32,000 nt of DNA from the NCBI RefSeq assembly GCF_037013405.1, contig NZ_CP146064.1:180001-212000 (forward strand), written 5' to 3'. The stretch comes from Candidatus Nanosynbacter sp. BB002. Lineage in GTDB: Bacteria; Patescibacteriota; Saccharimonadia; Saccharimonadales; Saccharimonadaceae. This document shows positions 9,722-18,656 of this stretch, one piece after another. The position numbers were made by a program, and so were the translations under genes. The first letter of the stretch is position 1; each line of letters opens with the position of its first letter. Under the pieces are notes generated by a model that saw only the letters and a program-made list of their open reading frames with translations, made no database searches and was not told the origin of the DNA.

Positions 9722-10420
9722 ATGATTGAACTAAAAAATGTGACGAAGGTTTATGGCAAAAAGAAAAACCAATTTATGGCGCTGAAAAATGTCAGCTTGA
9801 CCATTCCGACAGGGGCTAGTGTGGCTATCTTAGGTAAATCTGGCTCAGGAAAATCGACGCTGATGCATGCTATATCAGGGTTGGATAAGCCGCAGAAAGG
9901 CCAAGTGATTATCGATGGACAAGATATTTTGCAGCTGAAGCCAAAGCGAGTCGATGAGTTTCGCGCCAAGAAAATCGGCTTTATTTTTCAGAGTTTCTTT
10001 GTCCAGGGCAATGAGAGTGTGATTGATAATGTCAGTTTGCCGCTGGAAATTGCGCGGGTGCCGCGGAAGAAACGAGTACAGAAAATCAATGCGGCGCTCA
10101 AGGCAGTGGACCTGTATGACAAGCGCAAGAACCGTGCTAAGGATTTGTCGGGCGGACAGAAACAGCGCTTGGCCATCGCTCGGGCGATTGTCGGTGATCC
10201 GCAAATTATCTTTGCTGACGAACCGACTGGTAATTTGGACAGTGAAACAGGTGCGAAAGTGGAGGAATTGCTGTTTGATTATAATAGGCAAAGGGGTGTA
10301 ACATTGATCATAGTGACGCATGACGCTGATTTGGCGAAAAAATGTGATCATCAAATTATCATCAAAGACGGTCGGGTTGAGCAATCAACGGTGCCAGGAG
10401 GTATAAAGCATGGACGTTAG
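9722..10420 (+). CDS. ABC transporter ATP-binding protein (MacB/LolD-like)
   Basis: Walker [10 protein letters not shown], signature LSGGQKQR, Walker [10 protein letters not shown]-loop VTHD. AGGAGA SD upstream. Confidence 0.9.
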   Translation: MIELKNVTKVYGKKKNQFMALKNVSLTIPTGASVAILGKSGSGKSTLMHAISGLDKPQKGQVIIDGQDILQLKPKRVDEFRAKKIGFIFQSFFVQGNESVIDNVSLPLEIARVPRKKRVQKINAALKAVDLYDKRKNRAKDLSGGQKQRLAIARAIVGDPQIIFADEPTGNLDSETGAKVEELLFDYNRQRGVTLIIVTHDADLAKKCDHQIIIKDGRVEQSTVPGGIKHGR

Positions 10421-10757
10421 TGCTTACGCGGAGAGCCTGGCGATTCAGCTGCGTAAAGGCTTTCTGGTGTACTGCGTACTGTTAGTGTGTGCTAAACAAC
10501 CGCAGTACACTGGTGATATCGTCAAGCAACTGAGCGATTCGGACTTGATGGTAGTGGAAGGCACGATTTATCCACTACTGAGTCGTTTACAAAAATATGG
10601 CTACCTTAAGCACGAATGGCAGGAAAGCGAACAAGGACCGCCGCGCAAATATTATTCACTTACTGACACTGGCGCGCAGCTAGTGGATGAATTGAAAGAT
10701 CGTATAAAAATGTTGAACACTTCGCTAAAAAATCTTGAGAAAGGAGCAAAGCGATGA
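10410..10757 (+). CDS. PadR-family winged-helix transcriptional regulator
   Basis: EGTIYPLLSRLQKYGYLKHEWQESEQGPPRKYYSLTDTG is the PadR signature. AGGAGG SD upstream. It overlaps the ATPase gene end by 11 nt. Confidence 0.85.
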   Translation: MDVSAYAESLAIQLRKGFLVYCVLLVCAKQPQYTGDIVKQLSDSDLMVVEGTIYPLLSRLQKYGYLKHEWQESEQGPPRKYYSLTDTGAQLVDELKDRIKMLNTSLKNLEKGAKR

Positions 10758-12067
10758 AAGAAATAACCAGAATCCATTTGGCAAAAACGCCGTTTAGCGT
10801 GGAGGTTGATGCCAAAAAATCGTTGGAACAATACCTTGATTCAATTCAGAAAAATATGCACGCGGAGCCAGAGGCTATGCGCGAAATTGAGGCGCGAATG
10901 GTGGAGCTTTTGGCGGAACGTGGCGTGTCGAAGGACGGTGTCATTAGCCACGATGATGTTTTGGCGGTGCAAAAACAAATGGGTGAACCACAGGATTTTG
11001 CTGATGGTGAAGCGCCAGAGATGAGTGACGATGCAGCTGAGGCCAGTGCAAGCAAGCCGACCAAGCGATTGATGCGCGATCCAGATAACGCAATTTTGGG
11101 TGGCGTGTGTGCTGGGATCGCTGCCTACTGGGGGATTAATCCTTTGTGGGTACGCTTGTTGTTCATTTTTTCACCATTTATCACTTTTGGTACCTCGCTA
11201 CTGATTTACATTGTATTGTGGATCAGTATGCCAGAAGCACAAACGGCAGCTGAAAAATTACAGATGCGGGGAGAAGAGGTGACGCTGGATAGTCTGAAAA
11301 ATTTTTCTTTCACCGATAATAAAAAGACCCAGGTGAAAAACACGTTCATCAAAGTCTCGCAGGTATTTGTTTCACTTATGTTAATCATGATCACCTTTGG
11401 ATTATTAGTCGCTGTACCAGTGGGGTTATTTGCTGGTGTAAGTGTCATTAGCTGGATGGATGGTTTTTCCGCACAGCCGTGGGCTTTAGGTCTATTAATT
11501 TCTGCACTTGTTGGCGGTGCTGCTGCGGTGACGCTGTTTGGCGTGTTGACGGCTAGCGCAATCAAGTGGAAGTTTACGCGAACGGCATTGATTGCGGTGG
11601 TGATTAGTACTGTTATTGGGGCATTTTGTATCTCAAGCTCGGCGATCTTTGGCACGCAAACCTTGCGAGAGCTGGCGCGGGATGAAGAGCGTTTGACAAA
11701 AACAATGACCGTGGAGCTACCAAAGAATCTTGAAGGCGTTAAATATGCTGATGTAACCAGTAATGGCCTGGTTGACAGGCAAGCCATATCATCTCAAGAA
11801 ACCAAAGTTGAAGTAAAATATTTCTCACGTAAAGATGGTAAGGCACCAAAAGTACAAGCTGTTGTAGAAGGTGACACGCTTAAAATCAATATTGAACATG
11901 ATTCGCAGTTATCTTGTTTGAATGAATCATTCTTCTGGGGTGTCCACTGCGGTGGTATCACAAGGGTTACTGTGTATGGATCGTTGCAATTGAAACCGGG
12001 GGACCAAGGCTCTGGTGACATTATTCCATACCCAGGTTCATCACGAACCAATGGCGCATTTTTGTAG
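10754..12067 (+). CDS. Membrane protein with a DUF1700/HAAS-like N-terminus, a PspC domain, several TM helices and a beta-rich C-terminal domain (possibly Toastrack/DUF4097-like)
   Basis: PspC motif ILGGVCAGIAAYWGINPLWVRLLFIF. The N-terminal helical region is of the type usually paired with PadR. ATGA overlap with the padR stop codon, and an AAGGAG SD. Confidence 0.7.
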   Translation: MKEITRIHLAKTPFSVEVDAKKSLEQYLDSIQKNMHAEPEAMREIEARMVELLAERGVSKDGVISHDDVLAVQKQMGEPQDFADGEAPEMSDDAAEASASKPTKRLMRDPDNAILGGVCAGIAAYWGINPLWVRLLFIFSPFITFGTSLLIYIVLWISMPEAQTAAEKLQMRGEEVTLDSLKNFSFTDNKKTQVKNTFIKVSQVFVSLMLIMITFGLLVAVPVGLFAGVSVISWMDGFSAQPWALGLLISALVGGAAAVTLFGVLTASAIKWKFTRTALIAVVISTVIGAFCISSSAIFGTQTLRELARDEERLTKTMTVELPKNLEGVKYADVTSNGLVDRQAISSQETKVEVKYFSRKDGKAPKVQAVVEGDTLKINIEHDSQLSCLNESFFWGVHCGGITRVTVYGSLQLKPGDQGSGDIIPYPGSSRTNGAFL

Positions 12068-12080
12068 AGAATCAACGGTT

Positions 12081-12089
12081 TGCTATAAT
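12081..12089 (+). promoter_or_regulatory. Extended -10 box TGcTATAAT, 7 nt before the uppP ATG
   Basis: TATAAT at 12084-12089, ATG at 12097, no SD. Confidence 0.55.
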
Positions 12090-12096
12090 AAACTCT

Positions 12097-12939
12097 ATGA
12101 ATATAAGTTGGTGGCAGGCAATTGTGCTAGGAATTATTGAGGGAATTACCGAATTCTTACCTATTTCTAGCACAGGCCATCTGACCATTGCTGAGAAATT
12201 GATGGGTATGCCTCTTGATGACGAGGGTCTGATTGCTTTTACGGCGATTATTCAGATTGGGGCTATAGCGGCGGCGATTATTTATTTTTGGCAGGATATT
12301 CAGCGAGTGTTGATCGCGTGGTGGCGTGGTTTGTGGTGGAAACGGGCACGACGGAAATTTGACTACAAGTATGGGTGGGCGATCATCATTGGTTCAGTGC
12401 CAATCGCGGTAGTGGGGCTGGTGTTCAAAGATGAAATTGAGACGGTACTGCGTAGTTTATGGTTCGTAGCTGGTGCGTTGATCGTCTGGAGTGGCGTGAT
12501 GTGGCTGGCTGATAACTATGCCACTGCCAAACGCGTTGAAAAGGATACGACATGGAAAGACACGCTCGTTATTGGTTTAGGTCAATGTCTGTCGTTAATT
12601 CCCGGCGTGAGTCGATCTGGTGCCACGATATCAGTGGGGTTGTTGCGCGGGTTTGACCGAGTGACGGTGACGAAATTGAGTTTTTTCCTGGGGATTCCAG
12701 CGTTGGTGGCAGCGGGACTGTTGGAAGTCGTGACTAAATACAAGCATATTTCCGGCGGCGTTGGCTGGACGTCAACCATCATCGCGACGGTGGTTTCATT
12801 TGGCGTGGGTTACGTGGCAGTCGCATGGCTACTTAAATTCGTCCAAAACAATAACTTTCGCTCATTCATCGTCTACCGATTTGTGTTAGGATTGCTGTTG
12901 ATGGTGCTACTGGGCGCGGGCATAATCTCTCACGTTTAA
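12097..12939 (+). CDS. uppP: Undecaprenyl-diphosphate phosphatase (BacA/UppP)
   Basis: GIIEGITEFLPISSTGHL and the SRSGATI motif; polytopic, 280 aa. Confidence 0.92.
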   Translation: MNISWWQAIVLGIIEGITEFLPISSTGHLTIAEKLMGMPLDDEGLIAFTAIIQIGAIAAAIIYFWQDIQRVLIAWWRGLWWKRARRKFDYKYGWAIIIGSVPIAVVGLVFKDEIETVLRSLWFVAGALIVWSGVMWLADNYATAKRVEKDTTWKDTLVIGLGQCLSLIPGVSRSGATISVGLLRGFDRVTVTKLSFFLGIPALVAAGLLEVVTKYKHISGGVGWTSTIIATVVSFGVGYVAVAWLLKFVQNNNFRSFIVYRFVLGLLLMVLLGAGIISHV

Positions 12940-12947
12940 GCCAAAAT

Positions 12948-12958
12948 TGGTATATAAT
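12948..12958 (+). promoter_or_regulatory. -10 region TGgTATATAAT, 6 nt before the serS ATG
   Basis: TATAAT at 12953-12958, ATG at 12965. Confidence 0.5.
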
Positions 12959-12964
12959 GAGGGC

Positions 12965-14206
12965 ATGCTAGACATCAAATTTATTCGAGAACATGCTGAT
13001 TTGGTGCAAAAATCGGCAAATGATAAGGGATATGCCGTTGATATTGCGACATTGTTGCAATTGGATGACGAGCGCCGCGATTTACAAAAACAAGTTGAGG
13101 CACTGCGTGAACATCGAAATACAATTTCAGCGAAGATGAAAGGCGGCCGTCCAGATCAGGAGCTGATCGACCAGGGCAAGCAGCTGAAAATTGAGTTAGC
13201 AGAACGTGAGAGTTACCTGAAATCCACCGAGGAAAAAGTAGCCGCAATTCTGAAAAACGTGCCAAACATCACCTTTGATGATGTGCCGCTTGGCGGTGAG
13301 GAAGACTCGGTTGAGATAAAGGAGTACGGTGAGCATAAAACGAGCGCCAAGGATCATTTGGACTATGCTGTCAGTCGCGGTTGGGTTGATTTTGAGCGCG
13401 GTGCAAAAGTAGCTGGCGCGAAGTTTTACTATCTCAAGGGCGACCTGGCGCTGTTGGAAAATGCCGTGACGCAGTTTGCGCTGGATTATGTGACGAAGCA
13501 GGGCTTTACGTTCATGACTGTGCCGCACATGGTGAATTTGCGCACAGCTGAGGGCGCTGGCTTTACGCCAAAAGGTGAGGGTAGTAATGAATATGTGGTC
13601 GAGGGTGAGGATTTGACGCTGATTGGGACGGCGGAAATGCCGCTGACTGGCTATCACGCTGATGAGATTTTGGACGAGAAAGATTTGCCGCTGCTGTATA
13701 CGGGATATAGCCCGTGCTACCGTAAAGAGGCGGGCACATATGGCAAGCACACACGCGGATTGTTCCGAGTGCACCAATTTAACAAATTGGAAATGTATGC
13801 CTTTTGTCTGCCAGAACAGTCCAAGGAGATTCATGAAAAAATCCTCAGTGTTGAGGAAGCGCTGTGGCAGCAAATTGGTATTTCGTACCACGTGGTGAAT
13901 ATCGCGGCGGGCGACTTGGGTGCGCCAGCTGCCAAAAAGTATGACATTGAATATTGGTCACCGGTCGATCAGACTTACCGCGAGCTGACCAGCTGCTCAA
14001 ATTGTACGGACTATCAAGCGCGCGGTTTGAACATTCGGGTGCGGCGAGCGGACGGTAGCATTGAGTCGGTCCATACTTTGAATGGTACGGCAGTTTCGTT
14101 GGCGCGGTCATTGGTGGTGATTTTGGAAAACTTCCAGAACGAGGACGGCAGTTTGACAGTGCCAGAAGTGTTGCGACCGTATATGGGTGGACGTGAGCGA
14201 ATTTAG
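12965..14206 (+). CDS. serS: Seryl-tRNA synthetase
   Basis: Starts MLDIKFIRE..., has an N-terminal coiled-coil arm and class II motifs (FRVHQFNKLEM, GTAVSLARSLVVILENFQ). The ORF-caller start at 12947 is a TTG lying inside the -10 box, so I use the ATG at 12965. Confidence 0.92.
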   Translation: MLDIKFIREHADLVQKSANDKGYAVDIATLLQLDDERRDLQKQVEALREHRNTISAKMKGGRPDQELIDQGKQLKIELAERESYLKSTEEKVAAILKNVPNITFDDVPLGGEEDSVEIKEYGEHKTSAKDHLDYAVSRGWVDFERGAKVAGAKFYYLKGDLALLENAVTQFALDYVTKQGFTFMTVPHMVNLRTAEGAGFTPKGEGSNEYVVEGEDLTLIGTAEMPLTGYHADEILDEKDLPLLYTGYSPCYRKEAGTYGKHTRGLFRVHQFNKLEMYAFCLPEQSKEIHEKILSVEEALWQQIGISYHVVNIAAGDLGAPAAKKYDIEYWSPVDQTYRELTSCSNCTDYQARGLNIRVRRADGSIESVHTLNGTAVSLARSLVVILENFQNEDGSLTVPEVLRPYMGGRERI

Positions 14207-14215
14207 TAACATACA

Positions 14216-14224
14216 TGGTATAAT
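14216..14224 (+). promoter_or_regulatory. Extended -10 box TGgTATAAT upstream of hpf (short SD-containing leader)
   Basis: TATAAT at 14219-14224, AAGGAGGG at 14237-14244, ATG at 14247. Confidence 0.55.
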
Positions 14225-14246
14225 GTAGGTATAACGAAGGAGGGAT

Positions 14247-14618
14247 ATGATTACCAATCTGACAATCACTGGTGTAAAGTACGAACTGAACGACACGACC
14301 AAACGGTATATTGAGAAAAAAATTGGTCCATTGGATCGGTTTTTGCCACGTCACGCTCGTAAAAGCGTTACGGCAGATGTGAAGATTAAGCAAATTGATA
14401 ACCCTGGCGGCAACAAATATGAGGTTGAAGTTATCATCAATGTCCCAGACAAGGTCATCACTGCAAAAGACTCAACAATGAACGTGTTGGCGGCTGTGGA
14501 CATCGTCGAGACCAAATTGAACGGTCAGTTGCGTCGCTACAAGGACGATACGTTGGCTCACGTTGGCCGTAGTCGTGGTGTGTTGGCGAAGTTTAAGCGC
14601 AGTTTCCGCCGCGGGTGA
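14247..14618 (+). CDS. hpf: Ribosome hibernation factor, HPF/RaiA (YfiA) family, short form with a basic tail
   Basis: The sigma54-modulation/S30EA fold signature is present (ITGVKYELNDTTKRYIEKKIGPLDRF...VEVIINVP...AAVDIVETKLNGQLRRYKD). At 123 aa it has no long-HPF C-terminal dimerisation domain. Confidence 0.85.
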   Translation: MITNLTITGVKYELNDTTKRYIEKKIGPLDRFLPRHARKSVTADVKIKQIDNPGGNKYEVEVIINVPDKVITAKDSTMNVLAAVDIVETKLNGQLRRYKDDTLAHVGRSRGVLAKFKRSFRRG

Positions 14619-14640
14619 ATTGTTTAGTATCGCTAAAATC

Positions 14641-14678
14641 AGAAAACACCATATATATGGTGTTTTCTCTTTAATTTT
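14641..14678 (+). terminator. Rho-independent terminator after hpf
   Basis: Perfect palindrome AGAAAACACCATAT/ATATGGTGTTTTCT (14641-14668), followed by CTTTAATTTT. Confidence 0.8.
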
Positions 14679-14692
14679 AGGTCAAAAAGGGT

Positions 14693-14698
14693 TACAAT
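14693..14698 (+). promoter_or_regulatory. Candidate -10 box TACAAT upstream of secA (leader of about 40 nt with SD)
   Basis: TACAAT at 14693-14698, GAGGGAG at 14727-14733, ATG at 14744. No convincing -35 element. Confidence 0.35.
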
Positions 14699-14743
14699 AG
14701 AAAGAGTTTTGAAAATGTCCGAAAGCGAGGGAGTTTTAAGGTT

Positions 14744-17374
14744 ATGGCAATGACACAACAAAAAGCGCTGAGTAAAGTTTTTGGTGATCCGCAGAAGAAG
14801 ATTTTGAAGCGGCTGGAAAAGCGTGTTGCAGTAATTAACGGTTTGTCTGGAAAGTATGAAAAACTGTCAGATGAGGAATTGCAGGCGCAGACAGAAGCGC
14901 TGAAAAAACGGCTGACGAAGAAGAATGTAACGCTGGATACGATTTTGCCAGATGCCTTTGCAGTGGCGCGTGAGGCGGCCAAGCGTGTCATCGGTGAGCG
15001 TCCGTATGATGTTCAGCTGATCGGTGGTATGGCGCTCCACGAGGGTAACGTGGCTGAGATGAAGACTGGTGAAGGTAAAACCTTGGTGGCGACGCTGCCG
15101 ACCTATCTCAACGCGCTGGAAGGCAAGGGTGTTCACGTGGTGACCGTCAACGATTATCTGGCGCAGCGTGACGCTGGCTGGATGGGACAGGTGTATGACT
15201 TTTTGGGCTTGACAACTGGCGTGATTATCAACGAAGCATCGTTTGTCTATGATAAAGACTATGACAATGAGCATCACGACGATCCACGCATGCGCAAACT
15301 CCGCCCAGTTACGCGTAAAGAGGCCTACGCGGCAGACATTACCTATGGCACGAACAACGAGTTTGGTTTTGACTATCTACGCGACAACATGGTGAATGAC
15401 GTCGCCTTGCTCAGGCAGCGAGAACTGAACTTTGCTATCGTTGACGAGGTGGACTCCATTCTGATCGACGAAGCGCGTACGCCGCTGATCATCTCGGCGC
15501 CAGCAGCGGAAAACCCGGACAACTACTACACCTTTGCCAAAGTTGCCAGTAAATTAGTGCCAGACGACTATGTTTTGGATGAAAAGCGCCGCAGTGTGGC
15601 CTTGACCGACGAGGGCGTGGAAAAAGTCCAAAAACTGCTGGGTATAAAAAATTTGTACACGCCAGACCACGTGCGCAGTGTGTATCATATGGACCAGGCG
15701 CTACGAGCACAAACATTGTTCAAGCGCGACAAAGATTATGTGGTGACCAATGATGGCGAAGTGATTATCGTCGATGAGCACACCGGTCGTTTGATGCAAG
15801 GACGTCGCTACAACGAAGGTTTGCACCAGGCAATTGAGGCCAAAGAAGGCGTGCCGGTACTAGAAGAAAGTATGACGCTAGCGACCATTTCGTTCCAGAA
15901 TTATTTCCGTTTGTACAATAAACTTTCCGGTATGACTGGTACGGCATTTACCGAGGCGGAAGAGTTTCAACAAATTTATTCACTAGATGTTATCCAGATT
16001 CCGCCGAACAAGCCAGTGATTCGCGACGATAAAGAAGACCTGATTTTCAAGACCGAAAAGGGCAAGCTGAAAGCAGTGGCCGAAGCCATCAAAGAGTATC
16101 ACAAGCAAGGCCGGCCAGTGCTGGTTGGTTCTGGCTCGATTGCCAAGAATGAGCAGATTGCCAAATATCTGGAAAAAGAAGGTATCAAGTTTGAGATTTT
16201 GAACGCTAAGAACAATGAGCGCGAGGCGGCTATCATTGAAAAGGCTGGTGAAAAGGGCGCGATTACACTGGCGACAAACATTGCTGGGCGTGGTACCGAC
16301 ATTAAGCTCGGCAAGGGTGTCAAGGAGTTGGGCGGCCTGGTGGTGATCGGCTCGGAGCGCCACGAGTCACGACGCATCGACAATCAGCTGCGCGGTCGTG
16401 GCGGTCGTCAGGGCGATCCAGGCGAGACGCAGTTCTACGTGTCGACCGAAGATGATTTGATGCGAATTTTCCAGGGCGAGCGCATCGCGGCGTTGATGGA
16501 CCGGCTGGGCGTCGACGAAGAAACGCCAATTCAAAACCGCGCTGTGTCCAAGACATTGGAAGCAGCCCAGAAGCGTGTCGAAGGCTACAACTTTGATACG
16601 CGCAAAAATGTTGTTCAGTATGACAACGTCATCAATCGTCACCGTCGCGTGGTGTATGTCATGCGCCGCAAGATTTTGGAAGGCGATAATATTAAGCCGG
16701 AGATTGAACGCTTGCTCAAAGAAAAAGTGAACGATTCGACACAGCTGCCGCTCAAGAATAATCCTAATTTTGTGAAAGAATTTACTGCAGTTATCCCAGT
16801 TGACGAGGGCGCCCTGGTAAAGGCTGGTTCAGAGAAGAAAGATAAATCTCGCGTCCAAAAGGTGATGAAGCTGGCGCGTGAAGCGTATGCGGCGAAAGAG
16901 GAAGAAATTGGTGACGAAAACTTGCGTGGTGTTGAGCGAGAAGTCTACATGGCAGTGCTCGATACCTTGTGGATGCAGCACTTGGAAAACATGCAGCACC
17001 TACGCGAAGGCATTCATTGGCGCAGCGTTGGTCAGCGTGATCCATTGGTTGAGTATCGGTCAGAGTCACAAAAATTGTTCACGAGTTTGCAGAACAATTT
17101 GCGAGACGAAGTCTTGAGTACCATCTTCCGGGTACGCAAAGCTGACGCAACAGTGCAGCAATCACAAGATGATGAATACGACACTGAGCTCACTCGACTC
17201 GCTGAAACTGCTGTCGAGAAAGGTGTCAATGAGATCACATCTGGCGAAAAGAACCGCGATGATGATTTCTCAGTCAAAAAGGCCAAAACTGCTTCTGAAG
17301 CAAATCGCGCCAAAAATGCAGCGCGCAAGAAGAAAAAAGCACAGCGCCAAAACCGCAAAAAGAATCGGAAATAA
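14744..17374 (+). CDS. secA: Preprotein translocase ATPase SecA
   Basis: DEAD-like motor motifs (MKTGEGKTLV, DEVDSILIDEARTPLIIS, TNIAGRGTDIKLG) are present. The C-terminus is Lys/Arg-rich with no Cys-rich Zn finger. Confidence 0.97.
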   Translation: MAMTQQKALSKVFGDPQKKILKRLEKRVAVINGLSGKYEKLSDEELQAQTEALKKRLTKKNVTLDTILPDAFAVAREAAKRVIGERPYDVQLIGGMALHEGNVAEMKTGEGKTLVATLPTYLNALEGKGVHVVTVNDYLAQRDAGWMGQVYDFLGLTTGVIINEASFVYDKDYDNEHHDDPRMRKLRPVTRKEAYAADITYGTNNEFGFDYLRDNMVNDVALLRQRELNFAIVDEVDSILIDEARTPLIISAPAAENPDNYYTFAKVASKLVPDDYVLDEKRRSVALTDEGVEKVQKLLGIKNLYTPDHVRSVYHMDQALRAQTLFKRDKDYVVTNDGEVIIVDEHTGRLMQGRRYNEGLHQAIEAKEGVPVLEESMTLATISFQNYFRLYNKLSGMTGTAFTEAEEFQQIYSLDVIQIPPNKPVIRDDKEDLIFKTEKGKLKAVAEAIKEYHKQGRPVLVGSGSIAKNEQIAKYLEKEGIKFEILNAKNNEREAAIIEKAGEKGAITLATNIAGRGTDIKLGKGVKELGGLVVIGSERHESRRIDNQLRGRGGRQGDPGETQFYVSTEDDLMRIFQGERIAALMDRLGVDEETPIQNRAVSKTLEAAQKRVEGYNFDTRKNVVQYDNVINRHRRVVYVMRRKILEGDNIKPEIERLLKEKVNDSTQLPLKNNPNFVKEFTAVIPVDEGALVKAGSEKKDKSRVQKVMKLAREAYAAKEEEIGDENLRGVEREVYMAVLDTLWMQHLENMQHLREGIHWRSVGQRDPLVEYRSESQKLFTSLQNNLRDEVLSTIFRVRKADATVQQSQDDEYDTELTRLAETAVEKGVNEITSGEKNRDDDFSVKKAKTASEANRAKNAARKKKKAQRQNRKKNRK

Positions 17375-17377
17375 TCC

Positions 17378-18655
17378 ATGAAGCACACAGTTGAAGAAGT
17401 ACGACTAAAGAACGGTGCTCGGGGTTTGTTGATTGATGTGCCAGACGCTACGGTGATGAGCTTTCAGTTTCATTTTCGGGCGGGCAGCCGTTACGTGCGC
17501 GACAAAGACATCTATGAGACGGCGCACATCATGGAGCACATGTCATTTGGTGCTAATGAAAAATTCCGTTCACAGGCATTGTATGACCAAGAATTCGTCA
17601 AAAACGGCGCGTATTATAACGCCTATACGACAGAATATTCCATGGGGTATGAAGCATTTTGTGCTGATTTTGAATGGGACAGGGTGTTGGAATTGCAGCG
17701 GTTGGCTATCACGGTACCGCGTTTTAATGCCGAAGAATTGGAGGCTGAGAAGGGCAATGTGCGCTCGGAGCTGACAGGCTATCTGAACAATCACAACCGA
17801 GTGATGTGGCCACGGGTACAACAGGCGTTGGGTGAAGATATTTTGACGTACAATCAGCGACTCAAGACGATTGCTAACGTGACGTTGAAAGATATCAAAG
17901 AACACCACCGTCGAACACACACTTTGAAGAATATGCGCTTTGTGATCGCTGGTAAAATGACGGGGCGCAAGTCGCGCATCAAAGAGGCGCTGGAGGCTTG
18001 GCAATTGGAAGAGGGCGAACGCTTTGAAATTCCTAAGGACAATCTACACAGCGCCGGACCTCTGTTGATCAGGCGTAAAGAAGCTTCCAATCTGACATTT
18101 GGTTGGTCGATGATCGTGCCTCGTGAGATTAGCAATTCTGAAGCTGATGCCATGGGCTGTTTGAATCACATTTTGACTGGGACGTTTAATTCTCGCATTT
18201 TCGGGGCGGCCCGCAAGCGAGGACTGGCGTATAGCATTTTTAGTGATACTTCGGTTGGATTTTATGACTCGGCATGGGATTTTACCGGTCAGGTCAACTT
18301 GGAGACGGCCGAAGAGCTGTTTGATATCATCGTCAGTGAATTAAAGCGTGTGCTAAACGGTAAAATTTCCGCTGAAGATATCGAAAGTGCCAAGTCCTAC
18401 TCTTTGGGGCGTTACCAAATGGGCGCGCAGACCGTTTCTCAGATCAGTAATTTTTATACCGGTCGCTATTTCTCAGATGATTTCGTGAAGGATTATACTG
18501 GGGTGCCAGCAGCGATTTTGGCAGTGACTGATGGAAAAATTGTGCAAGTGGCGCGTGAATTTTTCCAGGCTAACACCTGGGTGTTGGCTGGGGTGAGCTG
18601 TGGTGAAAAAGAACTACTGGAACGTATCCAAGAAAAGCTGGGAGCATTGTTCTAA
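17378..18655 (+). CDS. M16 (pitrilysin/insulinase) family zinc peptidase
   Basis: Inverted zinc motif HxxEH (HIMEH) near the N-terminus. The two-lobed length of 425 aa fits the family. It starts 4 nt after the secA stop codon. Confidence 0.8.
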   Translation: MKHTVEEVRLKNGARGLLIDVPDATVMSFQFHFRAGSRYVRDKDIYETAHIMEHMSFGANEKFRSQALYDQEFVKNGAYYNAYTTEYSMGYEAFCADFEWDRVLELQRLAITVPRFNAEELEAEKGNVRSELTGYLNNHNRVMWPRVQQALGEDILTYNQRLKTIANVTLKDIKEHHRRTHTLKNMRFVIAGKMTGRKSRIKEALEAWQLEEGERFEIPKDNLHSAGPLLIRRKEASNLTFGWSMIVPREISNSEADAMGCLNHILTGTFNSRIFGAARKRGLAYSIFSDTSVGFYDSAWDFTGQVNLETAEELFDIIVSELKRVLNGKISAEDIESAKSYSLGRYQMGAQTVSQISNFYTGRYFSDDFVKDYTGVPAAILAVTDGKIVQVAREFFQANTWVLAGVSCGEKELLERIQEKLGALF

Positions 18656-18656
18656 G

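Noticed and set aside
12947-12964. N-terminal extensions proposed by the ORF caller (12947 TTG, 18600 GTG, 19937, 21084 TTG, 23054 GTG, 29620 TTG, 30364 and 8338).
   Set aside because: Each extension starts within or upstream of the -10 box, or overlaps the preceding gene. A downstream ATG with a proper promoter or SD context gives the conserved N-terminus.
13196-13891. A 231-aa antisense ORF inside serS. Other long antisense ORFs are at 11206-11787, 9875-10384, 13845-14393, 2137-2559, 17570-18004, 4546-5068, 14867-15277 and 15983-16642.
   Set aside because: All lie entirely opposite well-supported conserved genes and have low-complexity or Cys/His/Arg-rich unnatural compositions. None has promoter or SD signals. 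Stop-poor antisense frames are expected at this GC content.
17378-18655. The single M16 peptidase as an anomaly, because M16 enzymes often come as an active/inactive gene pair.
   Set aside because: Single-gene M16B-type enzymes with an intact HxxEH motif are common, and a partner may be encoded elsewhere. This cannot be assessed from the window.
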